Assembly: GCA_023261845.1 (NCBI GenBank)
Contig: JALNJZ010000001.1
Span: 128,001-192,000 of the forward strand
DNA length: 64,000 nt
Source of the DNA: Candidatus Terraquivivens tengchongensis
GTDB lineage: Archaea; Thermoproteota; Nitrososphaeria_A; Caldarchaeales; Wolframiiraptoraceae
Reading direction: 5' to 3'
Position 1 is the first letter of the stretch, and each line of letters starts with the position of its first letter. The notes beneath the pieces are model-generated. The model did no database searches. It saw only the letters and a program-made list of their open reading frames with translations, and was not told the DNA's origin. Shown piece by piece: positions 20,247-29,554 of the stretch. The position numbers and the translations under genes are program-made.

Positions 20247-20369
20247 CCTAAATTTTAAGCGAGTTCTTAAAGACGCAAACTCATACAAATCTGCAACAGC
20301 GTACGTTGAGCGGTCATTTTTCACTCAACAAGCACGTGTAGGATGCGATAATACGTCCTTATATTAAAG

Positions 20370-20480
20370 ATGATCAAAATACCCGAAAATTCTGAAAAGG
20401 TCGAATTTTACGTATTAGCAATTGATAATGTTGGAAATTATGAAAACACAAGAGTTTATGCCTACCACATACACAAATGA
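20370..20480 (+). pseudogene. Possible C-terminal remnant of an Ig-like/secreted protein gene
   Basis: Reads MIKIPENSEKVEFYVLAIDNVGNYENTRVYAYHIHK*; the Y..A.D..GN pattern is typical of Ig-like domain ends. Confidence 0.3.
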
Positions 20481-20514
20481 ATACGAGATAGGTTCAAGAC
20501 CTGTACCAAACCTC

Positions 20515-20826
20515 TTATATGAGCTGATCGACGACGTGCTTTACGAGTGCATCCATGAAATCCTTGTCAATCATGTCAATTATGTTGAATATGGCCGGGT
20601 TGTTTACGGAATAAAATCTTTTGTTCCTTTCTTTCCTGTCTACAACAATCCCACATCTCTTCAGGATTGCTAAATGCCTAGAAACTACTGGCTGAGTTAT
20701 TCCGACATACGAAACGATCTCACAGACACACTTTTCTCCGCTACGCAGGCATTCAAGAATTTTAAGCCTTATAGGATCTGAGAGAGCTCTGAAGATTCTA
20801 GCCTTAAATTTTTCTAGATCTCTCAT
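20515..20826 (-). CDS. ArsR/SmtB family transcriptional regulator
   Basis: FRALSDPIRLKIL, EKCVCEI, QPVVSRHLAILK. Confidence 0.9.
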   Translation of the reverse strand: MRDLEKFKARIFRALSDPIRLKILECLRSGEKCVCEIVSYVGITQPVVSRHLAILKRCGIVVDRKERNKRFYSVNNPAIFNIIDMIDKDFMDALVKHVVDQLI

Positions 20827-20845
20827 CTTTCAAACATACAAAACT

Positions 20846-20875
20846 TTTATAGCAATATTTAAATATTGCTATAAA
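20846..20875. promoter_or_regulatory. Perfect 30-bp palindromic operator between the ArsR and TauE genes
   Basis: TTTATAGCAATATTT-AAATATTGCTATAAA. Confidence 0.8.
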
Positions 20876-20895
20876 CCGTATTTTTTCGAGCGTTT

Positions 20896-21681
20896 ATGGA
20901 AGCGTTTTTTATAATCATTTTGATGATCTTTGGTTTGCTCGCAGGAATTCTTGGAGGATTCTTGGGAACTGGCGGATGTGTTGTAATGCTTCCGGCCCTA
21001 TACTTTCTCTTTAATTACAACTTACCTGTAGCCATTGGTACGACAATTACTGCAGTCATAATAACGGCAACATCGGGCTCAATGGCCCACATAAAGATAA
21101 GAAACGTAGATTATAAAACCGCAATAATTATAGCCACGTCAGGTGCGGTAGGTGCATTGCTCGGTTCAATTGTTTTCCAATATCTAGTAGAACAGCTGTC
21201 ACTACTGAAGTTCATCCTAGGAGCGGCATTCCTATACGTCTCTCTAAGGATGATATATGAAGGTGGCATCAGGAGAAGGGTTGAGGCAAAAACTGGAAAT
21301 ATCGTTCCTGGAAGCGCTTTAGTCAAATCATTGATAGGGCTTGTCATAGGAGTGTTGACAGGTATCGTTGGTTTAGGAGGCGGGTACGCTTTAGTTCCTT
21401 CAATGATATATCTTCTCGAATCACCTGTTAAGATAGCTGTCGGAACATCTTTAGCTTCATTCATAAGCATGGCAGTCATTTCAGGAGTGTTCAAGATATA
21501 TCAGGGATTGGTAGATGTTGTTGCCGCGTTATCACTTGGAGCTGGAACGGCAATAGGAGCGCAAATAGGTTCAAGACTCGTACCAAAGGTTCCAGCTTCA
21601 TATATAAAGCTGGTCTTCGGTGTTGTTTTCCTATACGTTTCCTTAAAGTTCATCTTAAGTGTTTTCGGAATAACTATCTAA
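20896..21681 (+). CDS. TauE/SafE (TSUP) sulfite/sulfur-compound exporter
   Basis: GGFLGTGG..MLP, AIGTT, GIVGLGGGYALVP, AVGTS; ~8 TM helices. Confidence 0.9.
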   Translation: MEAFFIIILMIFGLLAGILGGFLGTGGCVVMLPALYFLFNYNLPVAIGTTITAVIITATSGSMAHIKIRNVDYKTAIIIATSGAVGALLGSIVFQYLVEQLSLLKFILGAAFLYVSLRMIYEGGIRRRVEAKTGNIVPGSALVKSLIGLVIGVLTGIVGLGGGYALVPSMIYLLESPVKIAVGTSLASFISMAVISGVFKIYQGLVDVVAALSLGAGTAIGAQIGSRLVPKVPASYIKLVFGVVFLYVSLKFILSVFGITI

Positions 21682-21780
21682 CAAAAAGGATGGGCGTCCT
21701 TACTTCTTAACGCTCGTTCCAATACCAGCATAGCGTACATGTTATGGTTAGCAGCACGTATGTGTTGGTATGTATATCCA

Positions 21781-22311
21781 TTAAGCAAGACGCATAACTT
21801 TCTTTTCTCTCGCTGATGGAATCACCTTAATCTTTGCATTCTCGAACTCTATGTAGAATTCACGATGCTGTTGGAGCCAGTCAAGGAAAACGGCCAGAGC
21901 AGCAACCTCGGATATTGGCTGGTTCGTCACAGACACATTCCACGTTGCCATCTCGTAGACCTTTCTCGGCACCTTCTCAGAACCAACGATTATTAGTTTA
22001 TCCCTGTTGGATGACCTTATCTCCTCGATGACCTCGGGTAACGGAAGCCCGTACATGGTTAGGTGTACTACTTCCCCTCCAGATTCGAGCCATTCTTTTA
22101 TAACCTTAGTCCAGTCTCGTTTCATCTCAACGAAGAACTTACCACCGAACCTCTGCACCACATCCTCCACTGATCGTTTCACGCCTTCATCAGGTTGTCC
22201 CGAGATAATAACACCATCACAGCCGAATGCCCTAGCGGTTAGGCAAACGTGTGTTGTAACCCTTTCGTCTCTGTGTATCCTATGACCCAGCCTCAGAATA
22301 ACCAGCTTCAT
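21781..22311 (-). CDS. trm56: tRNA (cytidine(56)-2'-O)-methyltransferase aTrm56
   Basis: LRLGHR..RD.RVTTHVCLTARAFG, VVHLTMYG, GSEKVP, NQPISEVAALAVFLD. Confidence 0.92.
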   Translation of the reverse strand: MKLVILRLGHRIHRDERVTTHVCLTARAFGCDGVIISGQPDEGVKRSVEDVVQRFGGKFFVEMKRDWTKVIKEWLESGGEVVHLTMYGLPLPEVIEEIRSSNRDKLIIVGSEKVPRKVYEMATWNVSVTNQPISEVAALAVFLDWLQQHREFYIEFENAKIKVIPSAREKKVMRLA

Positions 22312-22334
22312 ATAATTTTGATGTAAAAGGTGAA

Positions 22335-22850
22335 CTAAATCGATTTTTCTAGAATTTGGAGCTTTTGTTTAATCGCATCTATCAACTTGCTATTATCATA
22401 GTAGTTCAGCATATTACCGCATACTGGACACTTGAATAGCTTGTCAACAGCTTCCTCGAAAGCATACTTTCTGCAACCCTTTGTACCGCAATAGTAGAAC
22501 TGATGAGTTTGCTCGTACTCCAGCTTAGTCTTAAGCCTCTCGATCATTCTCCTAATCTGGGTTTTTATGTAACCTAGGACCTGGTCCTGCTGAACCTTCC
22601 ACCTAAACACCCTATGTCCCGTGTCCTTATCCTTTGCTACATCGTACGTGAGAAGCGAGTAGTCAATGAGCTTGTGGAGGATCCTTCTTACGTCCTTAAC
22701 GTTCATTCCTAAAGCAGACGCTATCTCCTCATCGCTCTTAGATGGGTTCTTCATTAGAAATTTCACTATGTTGACCGCATCCTCGCCGCCGACCAGTCTC
22801 ATGACTTCAAGAACAACATCTTCATCAACTATTAGTAAGAAGTCCGGCAC
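22335..22850 (-). CDS. tfe: Transcription factor E, alpha subunit
   Basis: wHTH (SDEEIA..LG..VRRILHKL) plus Zn ribbon FYYC...C...FKCPVCG; start uncertain. Confidence 0.9.
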   Translation of the reverse strand: MPDFLLIVDEDVVLEVMRLVGGEDAVNIVKFLMKNPSKSDEEIASALGMNVKDVRRILHKLIDYSLLTYDVAKDKDTGHRVFRWKVQQDQVLGYIKTQIRRMIERLKTKLEYEQTHQFYYCGTKGCRKYAFEEAVDKLFKCPVCGNMLNYYDNSKLIDAIKQKLQILEKSI

Positions 22851-23005
22851 CCTCCAAATACGTATAATATGTACAAAAATATAAAGCAATCGTTGGAAGC
22901 ATGAATAACACGTAAAAAAGGATGTTTGTATAGCCTTGATATTTTACACTAACCAACAAATGACGGGAACATTTACTGCTTTAGGGTACGACTTTTTATT
23001 AATTT

Positions 23006-24328
23006 TTAATCAAAAGGTGACGCGTACAGCTTTTTGGCAATCTCGTAAAGCTGCAATTCCTTCATCTTCTTCACGGGTACAGGTAACGTTACTTGAACTA
23101 CGCCCGGTAGCCTACCTATTTCTACGGCACCGGCCATGGTCACTCTGTTCCTCACTTCGTCCACAGACATTCCGAATAATTCAGAGGCTCTCGAAAAACT
23201 CGTCTCAGCAGCTTTATTTATGTTCGGACCTGTTCCTATAACCTGAACTGGTAACCATGGTTCTGGTTCTAAACCGTACTCGTTCGCTAACCTCTTAACA
23301 AGCATCCACTCTTCAGCACACAACGGCCTAGATAGCGGTGGTAGGTCTTCAGGCGGCGGGAATAGAAGAGGCCCTTTTAAGTTCAGACCTTTTATTACAT
23401 CCACCCTCACCTTAACCTCGGCTGAGATATCCGTTGTATGCCCGGCTACCTCACCATCTCCTTGCTGGGCATGTACATCACCAGCATAGACGCCAGCACC
23501 GTCCAGTTTCACTGGTGCGATAAGTACTGCGCCTTCCCTCACAGAGTCTATGTCGAGGTGTCCGTCCGTTATACACTCCCTGTACTGCTGCTCGGTTATC
23601 GCGTATTTATGAGGTGCACCTATAAGGAATGTGCCAAAGTCTCCAGCATTATGAGAATCAGGTATGTCAATGCTTGGTGTCGTTCCAAGCTGGCCGAGGA
23701 ATGGTCTTAGCCTCGTAGGGAGACCTACTAAGTCAGCTTTCGCTGCAATTACTATTGGGAACTGCTTCGAGTTCCTTGGTATGTCCATCCAAGCATAACC
23801 ATCAGCCGCAAGCCGTCTTGCCATATCCTCCCCAATAGTTACACCGAAACATCTACGCTCATCAAAGATGATTGTGTAACCATTAACCATCCTAAATGGA
23901 GAGGAGGGTGAACCACACTTTTCGCATCTTATTGCCTCCAAACCTATGCCTTCAAGTCTTGATTTCGGCCAAGGTTCACCACAATTTGGACACTTCTTTG
24001 CCACAAAAGGATCTCCGACATAAGCACCGTTAACTGGCTTGTCCGTTCCAGAGGATGTTGCTTTAGACCTAACCCTTATGGATTCAATGTTTATAGCCAC
24101 GGCATCGCCGACGTTTGCGCCCTCGATTGCCACAGGAATGTTAACTTCATGGCCTCCTCGTATAGTCGGCGTGATCATCGGACCCCAACACCCTGGTGTC
24201 GTTATGTAGATTATTAGACCGCCATTTTTGACTGGCCCCAGCATCTTTACGCTTGGTCCTATAATTCCATCTGTAAACTTATCGTTCAGTAAAACATCCA
24301 ATACCTTCTGTGCACCTTTCTCGCACAA
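23006..24328 (-). CDS. Acetamidase/formamidase family protein
   Basis: PGCWGPMITP..RGGHEV, PDSHNAGDFG, DGHLD, GDVHAQQGDGEVAGHT; internal CxxC pairs. Confidence 0.88.
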   Translation of the reverse strand: MCEKGAQKVLDVLLNDKFTDGIIGPSVKMLGPVKNGGLIIYITTPGCWGPMITPTIRGGHEVNIPVAIEGANVGDAVAINIESIRVRSKATSSGTDKPVNGAYVGDPFVAKKCPNCGEPWPKSRLEGIGLEAIRCEKCGSPSSPFRMVNGYTIIFDERRCFGVTIGEDMARRLAADGYAWMDIPRNSKQFPIVIAAKADLVGLPTRLRPFLGQLGTTPSIDIPDSHNAGDFGTFLIGAPHKYAITEQQYRECITDGHLDIDSVREGAVLIAPVKLDGAGVYAGDVHAQQGDGEVAGHTTDISAEVKVRVDVIKGLNLKGPLLFPPPEDLPPLSRPLCAEEWMLVKRLANEYGLEPEPWLPVQVIGTGPNINKAAETSFSRASELFGMSVDEVRNRVTMAGAVEIGRLPGVVQVTLPVPVKKMKELQLYEIAKKLYASPFD

Positions 24329-24414
24329 ATGATTTCGTTAATATTGTTGTTGGCATTATTTATTTAAAACTTGCTAAAGTTTTTCGGCAAGCTCTCCCGA
24401 TTGGTTCGTTTAGA

Positions 24415-25152
24415 ATGGTCGCCATACCTATAGCCGAGAGGACTTGGAGAAAGGACTGTTCGAAGGTTCTGGCAGATATGAACTCTTGGTTACGCATACT
24501 ATTGGAGAAGGCCGATACACAGGCTTCAGTTGAGTTTAATGATGACGGGTGGTTTGTCGTTAAAGGTGAAGGTACGAAATTTACGCTTAGTTTGTTGAAT
24601 AATATTTGTTATTATCCCGTATCCGTCGGGCAGGGAGAGGAAAAAACCTCAAAGGTTTCTGGCCTTGATTCATCCAAAACAATCCACGTAATATACCCAG
24701 ACGAAGACGGTAGAACTTCAACCGTTACGATACCTGTTAAGGAACTTATGGCGCGATTGAGGGTAAGAAAGATAGGACGGGGCGAGTTCATCAGGACGTT
24801 TGGTATAGTTGAAAGACTACCTATAAGCATCCTTCCCATGAGGGGGACCATTTCAGACCTTTCTGTTAATTTTTTCATTGATTTTATTAGAGGTGGGTTA
24901 GATATCGTCCTAGCTCTGGACCTTACACCGATCGAAGCTGATGAGTTCATGGATTCAAAGGAAGTTAGCGATAACGTAGTTGAGATGAAAACGCTCACGC
25001 CCCTTAGCTATGCTTTTTTAGTTAAGCTAGGCGTTGAGCCGTCTAGTGTAAAGGCACTATTATCTGAGTTTGCAAAATCCATTGGAGCTAGGCCGCTTAT
25101 GCTCATACTCAGATGGGAAGAAGCTGCAAGCGTGTTCGCTTCTAAACGGTAA
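24415..25152 (+). CDS. Hypothetical protein (weak DUF2110-like)
   Basis: Long ORF with coding-like composition; DDGWFVVKGEG and FGIVERLPI resemble DUF2110 proteins. Confidence 0.45.
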   Translation: MVAIPIAERTWRKDCSKVLADMNSWLRILLEKADTQASVEFNDDGWFVVKGEGTKFTLSLLNNICYYPVSVGQGEEKTSKVSGLDSSKTIHVIYPDEDGRTSTVTIPVKELMARLRVRKIGRGEFIRTFGIVERLPISILPMRGTISDLSVNFFIDFIRGGLDIVLALDLTPIEADEFMDSKEVSDNVVEMKTLTPLSYAFLVKLGVEPSSVKALLSEFAKSIGARPLMLILRWEEAASVFASKR

Positions 25153-25219
25153 ACGTTTGGTATATTAGTTAAAAAATTTTATATAAAAACAAACAAAAAG
25201 TATCTTTACGTGAACGTAC

Positions 25220-26038
25220 TTGAGTAAGCGTTTGTGCTTACCATTGTTCGTATTTAGGCACGGTAGAAGAACAACGACGCTCAACTTCATCTTAAGGGAC
25301 GTACCGGGTACACTTGCCAAAATTTTTAACGCCATATATGCTAGAAATATCAACGTTATTGGTTGCATAACAAGCGCCACGTCAGAAGAAGGCAGGGGCA
25401 CATTCTGTGCAGTTTACTTGGATGTCACAGATGTTCCGGTTTCTGAATTTAAAAATTTAATAAATGAGTTTAAAAGTATGGAGGAAGTTCATTACGTTGA
25501 TTATAATGAATTCGATGTAGACTCCATAGGTTCTGCAGCTTTCTCGCAATATTACGAAGAACTCTGCATATATGATAAAAGTGCTGTAATTTTCACGCAT
25601 GCTCACCTGAAGGGGTTATTTAATGGTCTCTATGAAAAGTTTAAGGATGGTGCGGCAGTTTTCCTGTATCATTTAGGCTTAACCGTAGGAGAATTTCTGG
25701 CAAATACCTACAAACCGTTGTTAGATAATGGAGCATCGCCAAAAACTTTACTAGAGCTTGCACTACAAACAGGAAAGGTATTTGGTTGGTTTTCAAAGTA
25801 TGAGCTTGACATTATCTCGAAAGATGAGTTTTATGTCAAAATATGGAAGAGTGTCGAGTGTACTTTTCTGTCAGGTGTTGCAAATGGACCAGCTGGCAAC
25901 CTACGCAGGGGCATTTTGGCAGGCTACATGTCAACGTTGTTCGGCGGAGAATGGACCGTGAACGAAGTTGAGTGCATAAATGCTGGAAATGATAGGTGCA
26001 CCTTTCATGTAAAGAAGGAAAAACCTTCTTTACCGTGA
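25220..26038 (+). CDS. ACT domain + V4R domain protein
   Basis: LRDVPGTLAKI...NIN (ACT); SVEC, RGILAG, EVECINAGNDRCTF (V4R). Confidence 0.8.
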   Translation: MSKRLCLPLFVFRHGRRTTTLNFILRDVPGTLAKIFNAIYARNINVIGCITSATSEEGRGTFCAVYLDVTDVPVSEFKNLINEFKSMEEVHYVDYNEFDVDSIGSAAFSQYYEELCIYDKSAVIFTHAHLKGLFNGLYEKFKDGAAVFLYHLGLTVGEFLANTYKPLLDNGASPKTLLELALQTGKVFGWFSKYELDIISKDEFYVKIWKSVECTFLSGVANGPAGNLRRGILAGYMSTLFGGEWTVNEVECINAGNDRCTFHVKKEKPSLP

Positions 26039-26090
26039 TACTTCATCAAACGTATATTAATATGTAAATTCTCGGCTAAGGTGACGTGCA

Positions 26091-26744
26091 TTGTCCGTAA
26101 GCTTCGGTGGGAAGTACCTACCGACGAAGTTAGAGCTGATAAGGATACGCCGCTCCTTACAAGTTGCCCAGAACGTTTACAGAATACTGGAAGACAAAAG
26201 AGACATACTTGTAAGGAGACTGAACGAGCTCATAGAGGAGGCTGAAGAGGCGAGGCGGAAACTCATGGAGCCACTTATGAAAGCGTACGACGCGCTACAT
26301 GAAAGCTTGCTTAATATGGGACCTTTAAGATTACAGAGCATTGCTACCAATATTCCCGAGGCCGTTTCCGTTAAAGCGAAATCTAGGACAATCATGGGAA
26401 TAAACATACCCATAGTGGAGGTGGATAGTGGAAAAATAGGGCTTACCTACGGCTTCGCCGACACATCCGTCTCACTTGACGAGGCGGCCAGCATGTTCAG
26501 AGAACTAGTTGATACTGTCTGTAAGGCAGCAGAGCTTGAAAATGCCATATTCAGACTTGCCGAGGAATTGAAGAAGACCCAGCGCCTCCTCAATGCCCTC
26601 GAACATGTTGTTATACCTAGATATAAGGACGCGATAAAGTTCATATCTATGACGCTTGAGGAAAGAGAAAGAGACGATTTCGTTAAGCTGAAGCACATTA
26701 AGAGGAGGCTTGAGTTAAGGGAGGCGGGCTTGCATGCGGGTTAA
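26091..26744 (+). CDS. atpD: A/V-type ATP synthase subunit D
   Basis: PTKLELI, LEDKRDIL, ELKKTQRLLNALEHVVIP, LEERERDDFVKLK. Confidence 0.95.
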   Translation: MSVSFGGKYLPTKLELIRIRRSLQVAQNVYRILEDKRDILVRRLNELIEEAEEARRKLMEPLMKAYDALHESLLNMGPLRLQSIATNIPEAVSVKAKSRTIMGINIPIVEVDSGKIGLTYGFADTSVSLDEAASMFRELVDTVCKAAELENAIFRLAEELKKTQRLLNALEHVVIPRYKDAIKFISMTLEERERDDFVKLKHIKRRLELREAGLHAG

Positions 26745-26871
26745 GGAGGTTGAAGAGGCTTTCGATAGAGCCAAAAAGGCTGTGAAGGACAAAAAAGAGG
26801 CATATATGAAGAGCGTAGAATCTAAGATTGAGGAGCTCTTGAGAAAGACCTATGAAGTTTTGAGTAAATAA
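26734..26871 (+). CDS. Small coiled-coil protein (45 aa) overlapping the atpD stop
   Basis: MRVKEVEEAFDRAKKAVKDKKEAYMKSVESKIEELLRKTYEVLSK; GGAGG RBS upstream; below the ORF-track cutoff. Confidence 0.55.
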   Translation: MRVKEVEEAFDRAKKAVKDKKEAYMKSVESKIEELLRKTYEVLSK

Positions 26872-26898
26872 AAACAATATAATTAGGAAGGAAGTTAC

Positions 26899-27114
26899 GT
26901 GAAAGCCCCAGATAAAAACAAAAAGAAATTTCTTGAAACGTTAAAGGAAGGATTAAAAGAAGAGCTCAACGCGCGAAGGAGAATCCATCATGACGTTCTA
27001 TCATATGAGAGGGATGGGGTTAAGAGAATGTTTTTGCAAAATATGGAGAGGTTTAAAAAGTGTAAGCCGTCTTATATACTAAGAGTCTTAAGAAGGCTCT
27101 CTTGGGTGTCTTGA
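26899..27114 (+). CDS. Hypothetical basic protein
   Basis: 71-aa ORF in the same orientation between atpD and atpK. Confidence 0.4.
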   Translation: MKAPDKNKKKFLETLKEGLKEELNARRRIHHDVLSYERDGVKRMFLQNMERFKKCKPSYILRVLRRLSWVS

Positions 27115-27314
27115 TGAAGTTTAAGGAACTGCTGCTAAGGTCAACACTCCTAGCCGTAATGTTTACAGGACCTCCAATAATTTTGCTAGTAATCCTAAGG
27201 GTATTTGATTTGCTCAATGTATTCTCGATTCTAGGTTGGGGCATATTCGCGTTGTGCTGGACAGTGTTTGTGGTAGTATTTATTGAGAGGCATAAAGGAC
27301 TCGTTTTTCGGTAA
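27114..27314 (+). CDS. Small two-TM membrane protein upstream of atpK
   Basis: MKFKELLLRSTLLAVMFTGPPIILLV...FSILGWGIFALCWTVFVVVFIE; TGATG stop/start coupling to the previous ORF. Confidence 0.5.
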   Translation: MKFKELLLRSTLLAVMFTGPPIILLVILRVFDLLNVFSILGWGIFALCWTVFVVVFIERHKGLVFR

Positions 27315-27366
27315 GCCTTATAAGATGCTAAGCATGAAAGCCTCACGCGAAAGAGGTGCTTTCGGA

Positions 27367-27684
27367 GTGTTAAAGTCAAGTGTTATCGGTCAGCTAGCGT
27401 TTGTGTCCTTGCTTGCACTTTCTTTGTTGGTATCGTTTATGACGCCCGTGTCCGCTGCTCCAGAAGAAGTACCAGAGCTCTTCCCAAAGACACTTTCTGC
27501 TGCCATAGCATTTAGCGTTGCTGTCATATCGGCTGGTTTCGGCATTGCGAGGGCCGGCTCGGCTGGGTTGGCGGCTGCCGCCGAGAGGCCTGAGATAAGG
27601 ACCGCCGCTGTAATAGTAGCGGCGTTCGCCGAGGCTTTGGCTATCTACGGCATAGTCATTGCGTTCTTCATACTCGGTGCGTAG
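27367..27684 (+). CDS. atpK: A-type ATP synthase proteolipid subunit K/c (single hairpin plus N-terminal signal-like helix), probably H+-coupled
   Basis: AGFGIARAGSAGLAAAAERPE...FAEALAIYG; carboxylate Glu without a following S/T; likely GTG start after GAGGTG. Confidence 0.9.
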   Translation: MLKSSVIGQLAFVSLLALSLLVSFMTPVSAAPEEVPELFPKTLSAAIAFSVAVISAGFGIARAGSAGLAAAAERPEIRTAAVIVAAFAEALAIYGIVIAFFILGA

Positions 27685-27720
27685 AACCTATCAAAACCAA
27701 TTTTTGACGGGGCGTCAAAC

Positions 27721-27782
27721 GGTGGCTCCGACAAATGCCTCCTCGTCACTAATCCGTGTAACTCTGGCTCTTCATCGCCACC
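27721..27782 (-). ncRNA. Dual-guide box C/D sRNA with CGGA-type D/D' boxes, predicted to target 23S rRNA
   Basis: Minus strand reads GGTG-GCGATGA-AGAGCCAGAGTTACA-CGGA-TTA-GTGACGA-GGAGGCATTTGT-CGGA-GCCACC; terminal stem GGTGGC/GCCACC; guides complementary to GTAACTCTG and CAAATGCCT; TTAAATA box ~25 nt upstream. Confidence 0.8.
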
Positions 27783-27872
27783 ATTAGCACATTATGGCAA
27801 CAGCCCTTATTTAATTTTCGTTATTTTATTGTTGTTTAAAATATATAAGTCCGAACTCTAACGACATGCAGA

Positions 27873-28514
27873 ATGTACTACGCCCGAGAAAGACCTAGAA
27901 TGGTTTATGTCCTTATACTGATTAACCTAGCCGTTTTTGTTTACACGCTTACGCTATCAAATAGAGACGTTGTGAGGCTCGCATACATCTTCGGCGTAGT
28001 CCCAGCATTAATCATGAACGGCACATCTCTTCATAGTCTCGTGACATCCATGTTTTTACATGCAGATTTTTTTCATATCTTCTTCAACATGTATGCGCTC
28101 TTTCTCCTTGGTAAGGACTGTGAGATCGCCTATGGTTCCAGAAAGTTCACACTTCTGTACTTTCTATCCGGTATACTCGCAGGCATACTCCACTCCGCTT
28201 ACATATACATACTATTTCCTGAGGAGGCGTATAGACCCGCAATAGGTGCTTCTGGTGCGATATTTGGTGTGATGGCAAGCTATGCCGTCTTATTTCCATT
28301 CAGAAGACTCTTTGTGTTCTTTGGTTTAATTCCCGTCGCAGCGCCTGCAATTGTTGTGATATTCGGGCTGGCACTGATACAATTACTTTATGCAATAGCA
28401 ATGCCTCTTGGCTCGATTGCCTACGTCGCACATATAGGTGGCTTCATCACAGGCCTGATCCTCACGTTGATCTATAGGGCTGGGCTTAGGAAGTATTACT
28501 ATTATAGTTTTTAG
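27873..28514 (+). CDS. Rhomboid family intramembrane serine protease
   Basis: TSMFLHADFFHIFFNM, GASGAIFG, AYVAHIGG. Confidence 0.93.
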   Translation: MYYARERPRMVYVLILINLAVFVYTLTLSNRDVVRLAYIFGVVPALIMNGTSLHSLVTSMFLHADFFHIFFNMYALFLLGKDCEIAYGSRKFTLLYFLSGILAGILHSAYIYILFPEEAYRPAIGASGAIFGVMASYAVLFPFRRLFVFFGLIPVAAPAIVVIFGLALIQLLYAIAMPLGSIAYVAHIGGFITGLILTLIYRAGLRKYYYYSF

Positions 28515-28720
28515 CTACTCATAACCCCTAGAACCACGTCCAGTACATACTTACTTATTTCCGCCCCAAGTTCCTTAAGGAAAGCAGCAAGTGTCACGAC
28601 AACCATTAATGTTAATAAGAATATCAAGAACAGGACCACTATCGCGAAAATCTCCCTAAAACCGGCCGAGGGTATTGAGATTCTTAGCGACATCGTGCTC
28701 CCATACACTTCAGCATGCAA
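28511..28720 (-). CDS. Small membrane protein
   Basis: One long hydrophobic helix; TATA-like box upstream. Confidence 0.45.
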   Translation of the reverse strand: MHAEVYGSTMSLRISIPSAGFREIFAIVVLFLIFLLTLMVVVTLAAFLKELGAEISKYVLDVVLGVMSS

Positions 28721-28783
28721 AAATATAACTATTTTTTGGAACCATAAATAATTTTTAATATTCAGAGGCTTCTGAATAAACCA

Positions 28784-29410
28784 GTGGTGACGTTGTCAAA
28801 GGCTTTCATTAAGGCTCAAGAATACATTAGAGAGCAATTGCGGAAGGGTGTTCCAAGAGTAACGATTCAGGAAAGGATGCCTGAGTTCGAAGCAGATAGT
28901 TTTGTCGTTAACAGAGCATACTTCATCGGTAAGCCGATAATCGGTATGGCAAGAAATATGAACATCAAGTTTGATAAAAACTTCATAGCGCTTGTAAGAA
29001 AGTTCGCGAAGTTCAGAAACCTCGATGTTGAGGTTATAGGAGGAGGAATTTTCTTAAAGAGGGGTAAGGAAGTAGTTGCGTGGTTAAGGGAAGACTTCTT
29101 CGGCGCTGACGAACCGACCCTATTTGAGGAATTAGGTAGGGAAGTTTATGGGTTGGGTTCCAACCATGACAGGAAACTCAAAAGCAGTTTGAGGGAGTCA
29201 TTTCTAGAGTTGCTCGCGGATTCAAGATCGGGTGTGAGGTTCATAGCATTCATGTTCGTCCTTTCACTAATCGCCGCAGCACTCGCCGCACCTTTTGCAA
29301 CACTACCTTCCTATATGCCCAGATGGTCTATACTCTTGATAGTACCTATTGTGGTAACCATTCTACTATATCTCGTCAAAATCTACGCAAAATTAAAGCG
29401 CATATTATAG
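28784..29410 (+). CDS. Hypothetical protein with two C-terminal TM helices
   Basis: Soluble N-terminal part plus two hydrophobic helices; directly upstream of nuoB. Confidence 0.55.
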   Translation: MVTLSKAFIKAQEYIREQLRKGVPRVTIQERMPEFEADSFVVNRAYFIGKPIIGMARNMNIKFDKNFIALVRKFAKFRNLDVEVIGGGIFLKRGKEVVAWLREDFFGADEPTLFEELGREVYGLGSNHDRKLKSSLRESFLELLADSRSGVRFIAFMFVLSLIAAALAAPFATLPSYMPRWSILLIVPIVVTILLYLVKIYAKLKRIL

Positions 29411-29554
29411 CAAAGCTTTGACGAGGATTTAAATATGGGGTTGTATGCTCGACGTTGCAGGGGTGCCAGTTTCTTGCTTTATAACAATTATCCGCTTAAA
29501 TTTTCTCATCGCAAGGCCGGTACTTTCTGTTACAGCCTAGGCAACTCCAAGACA

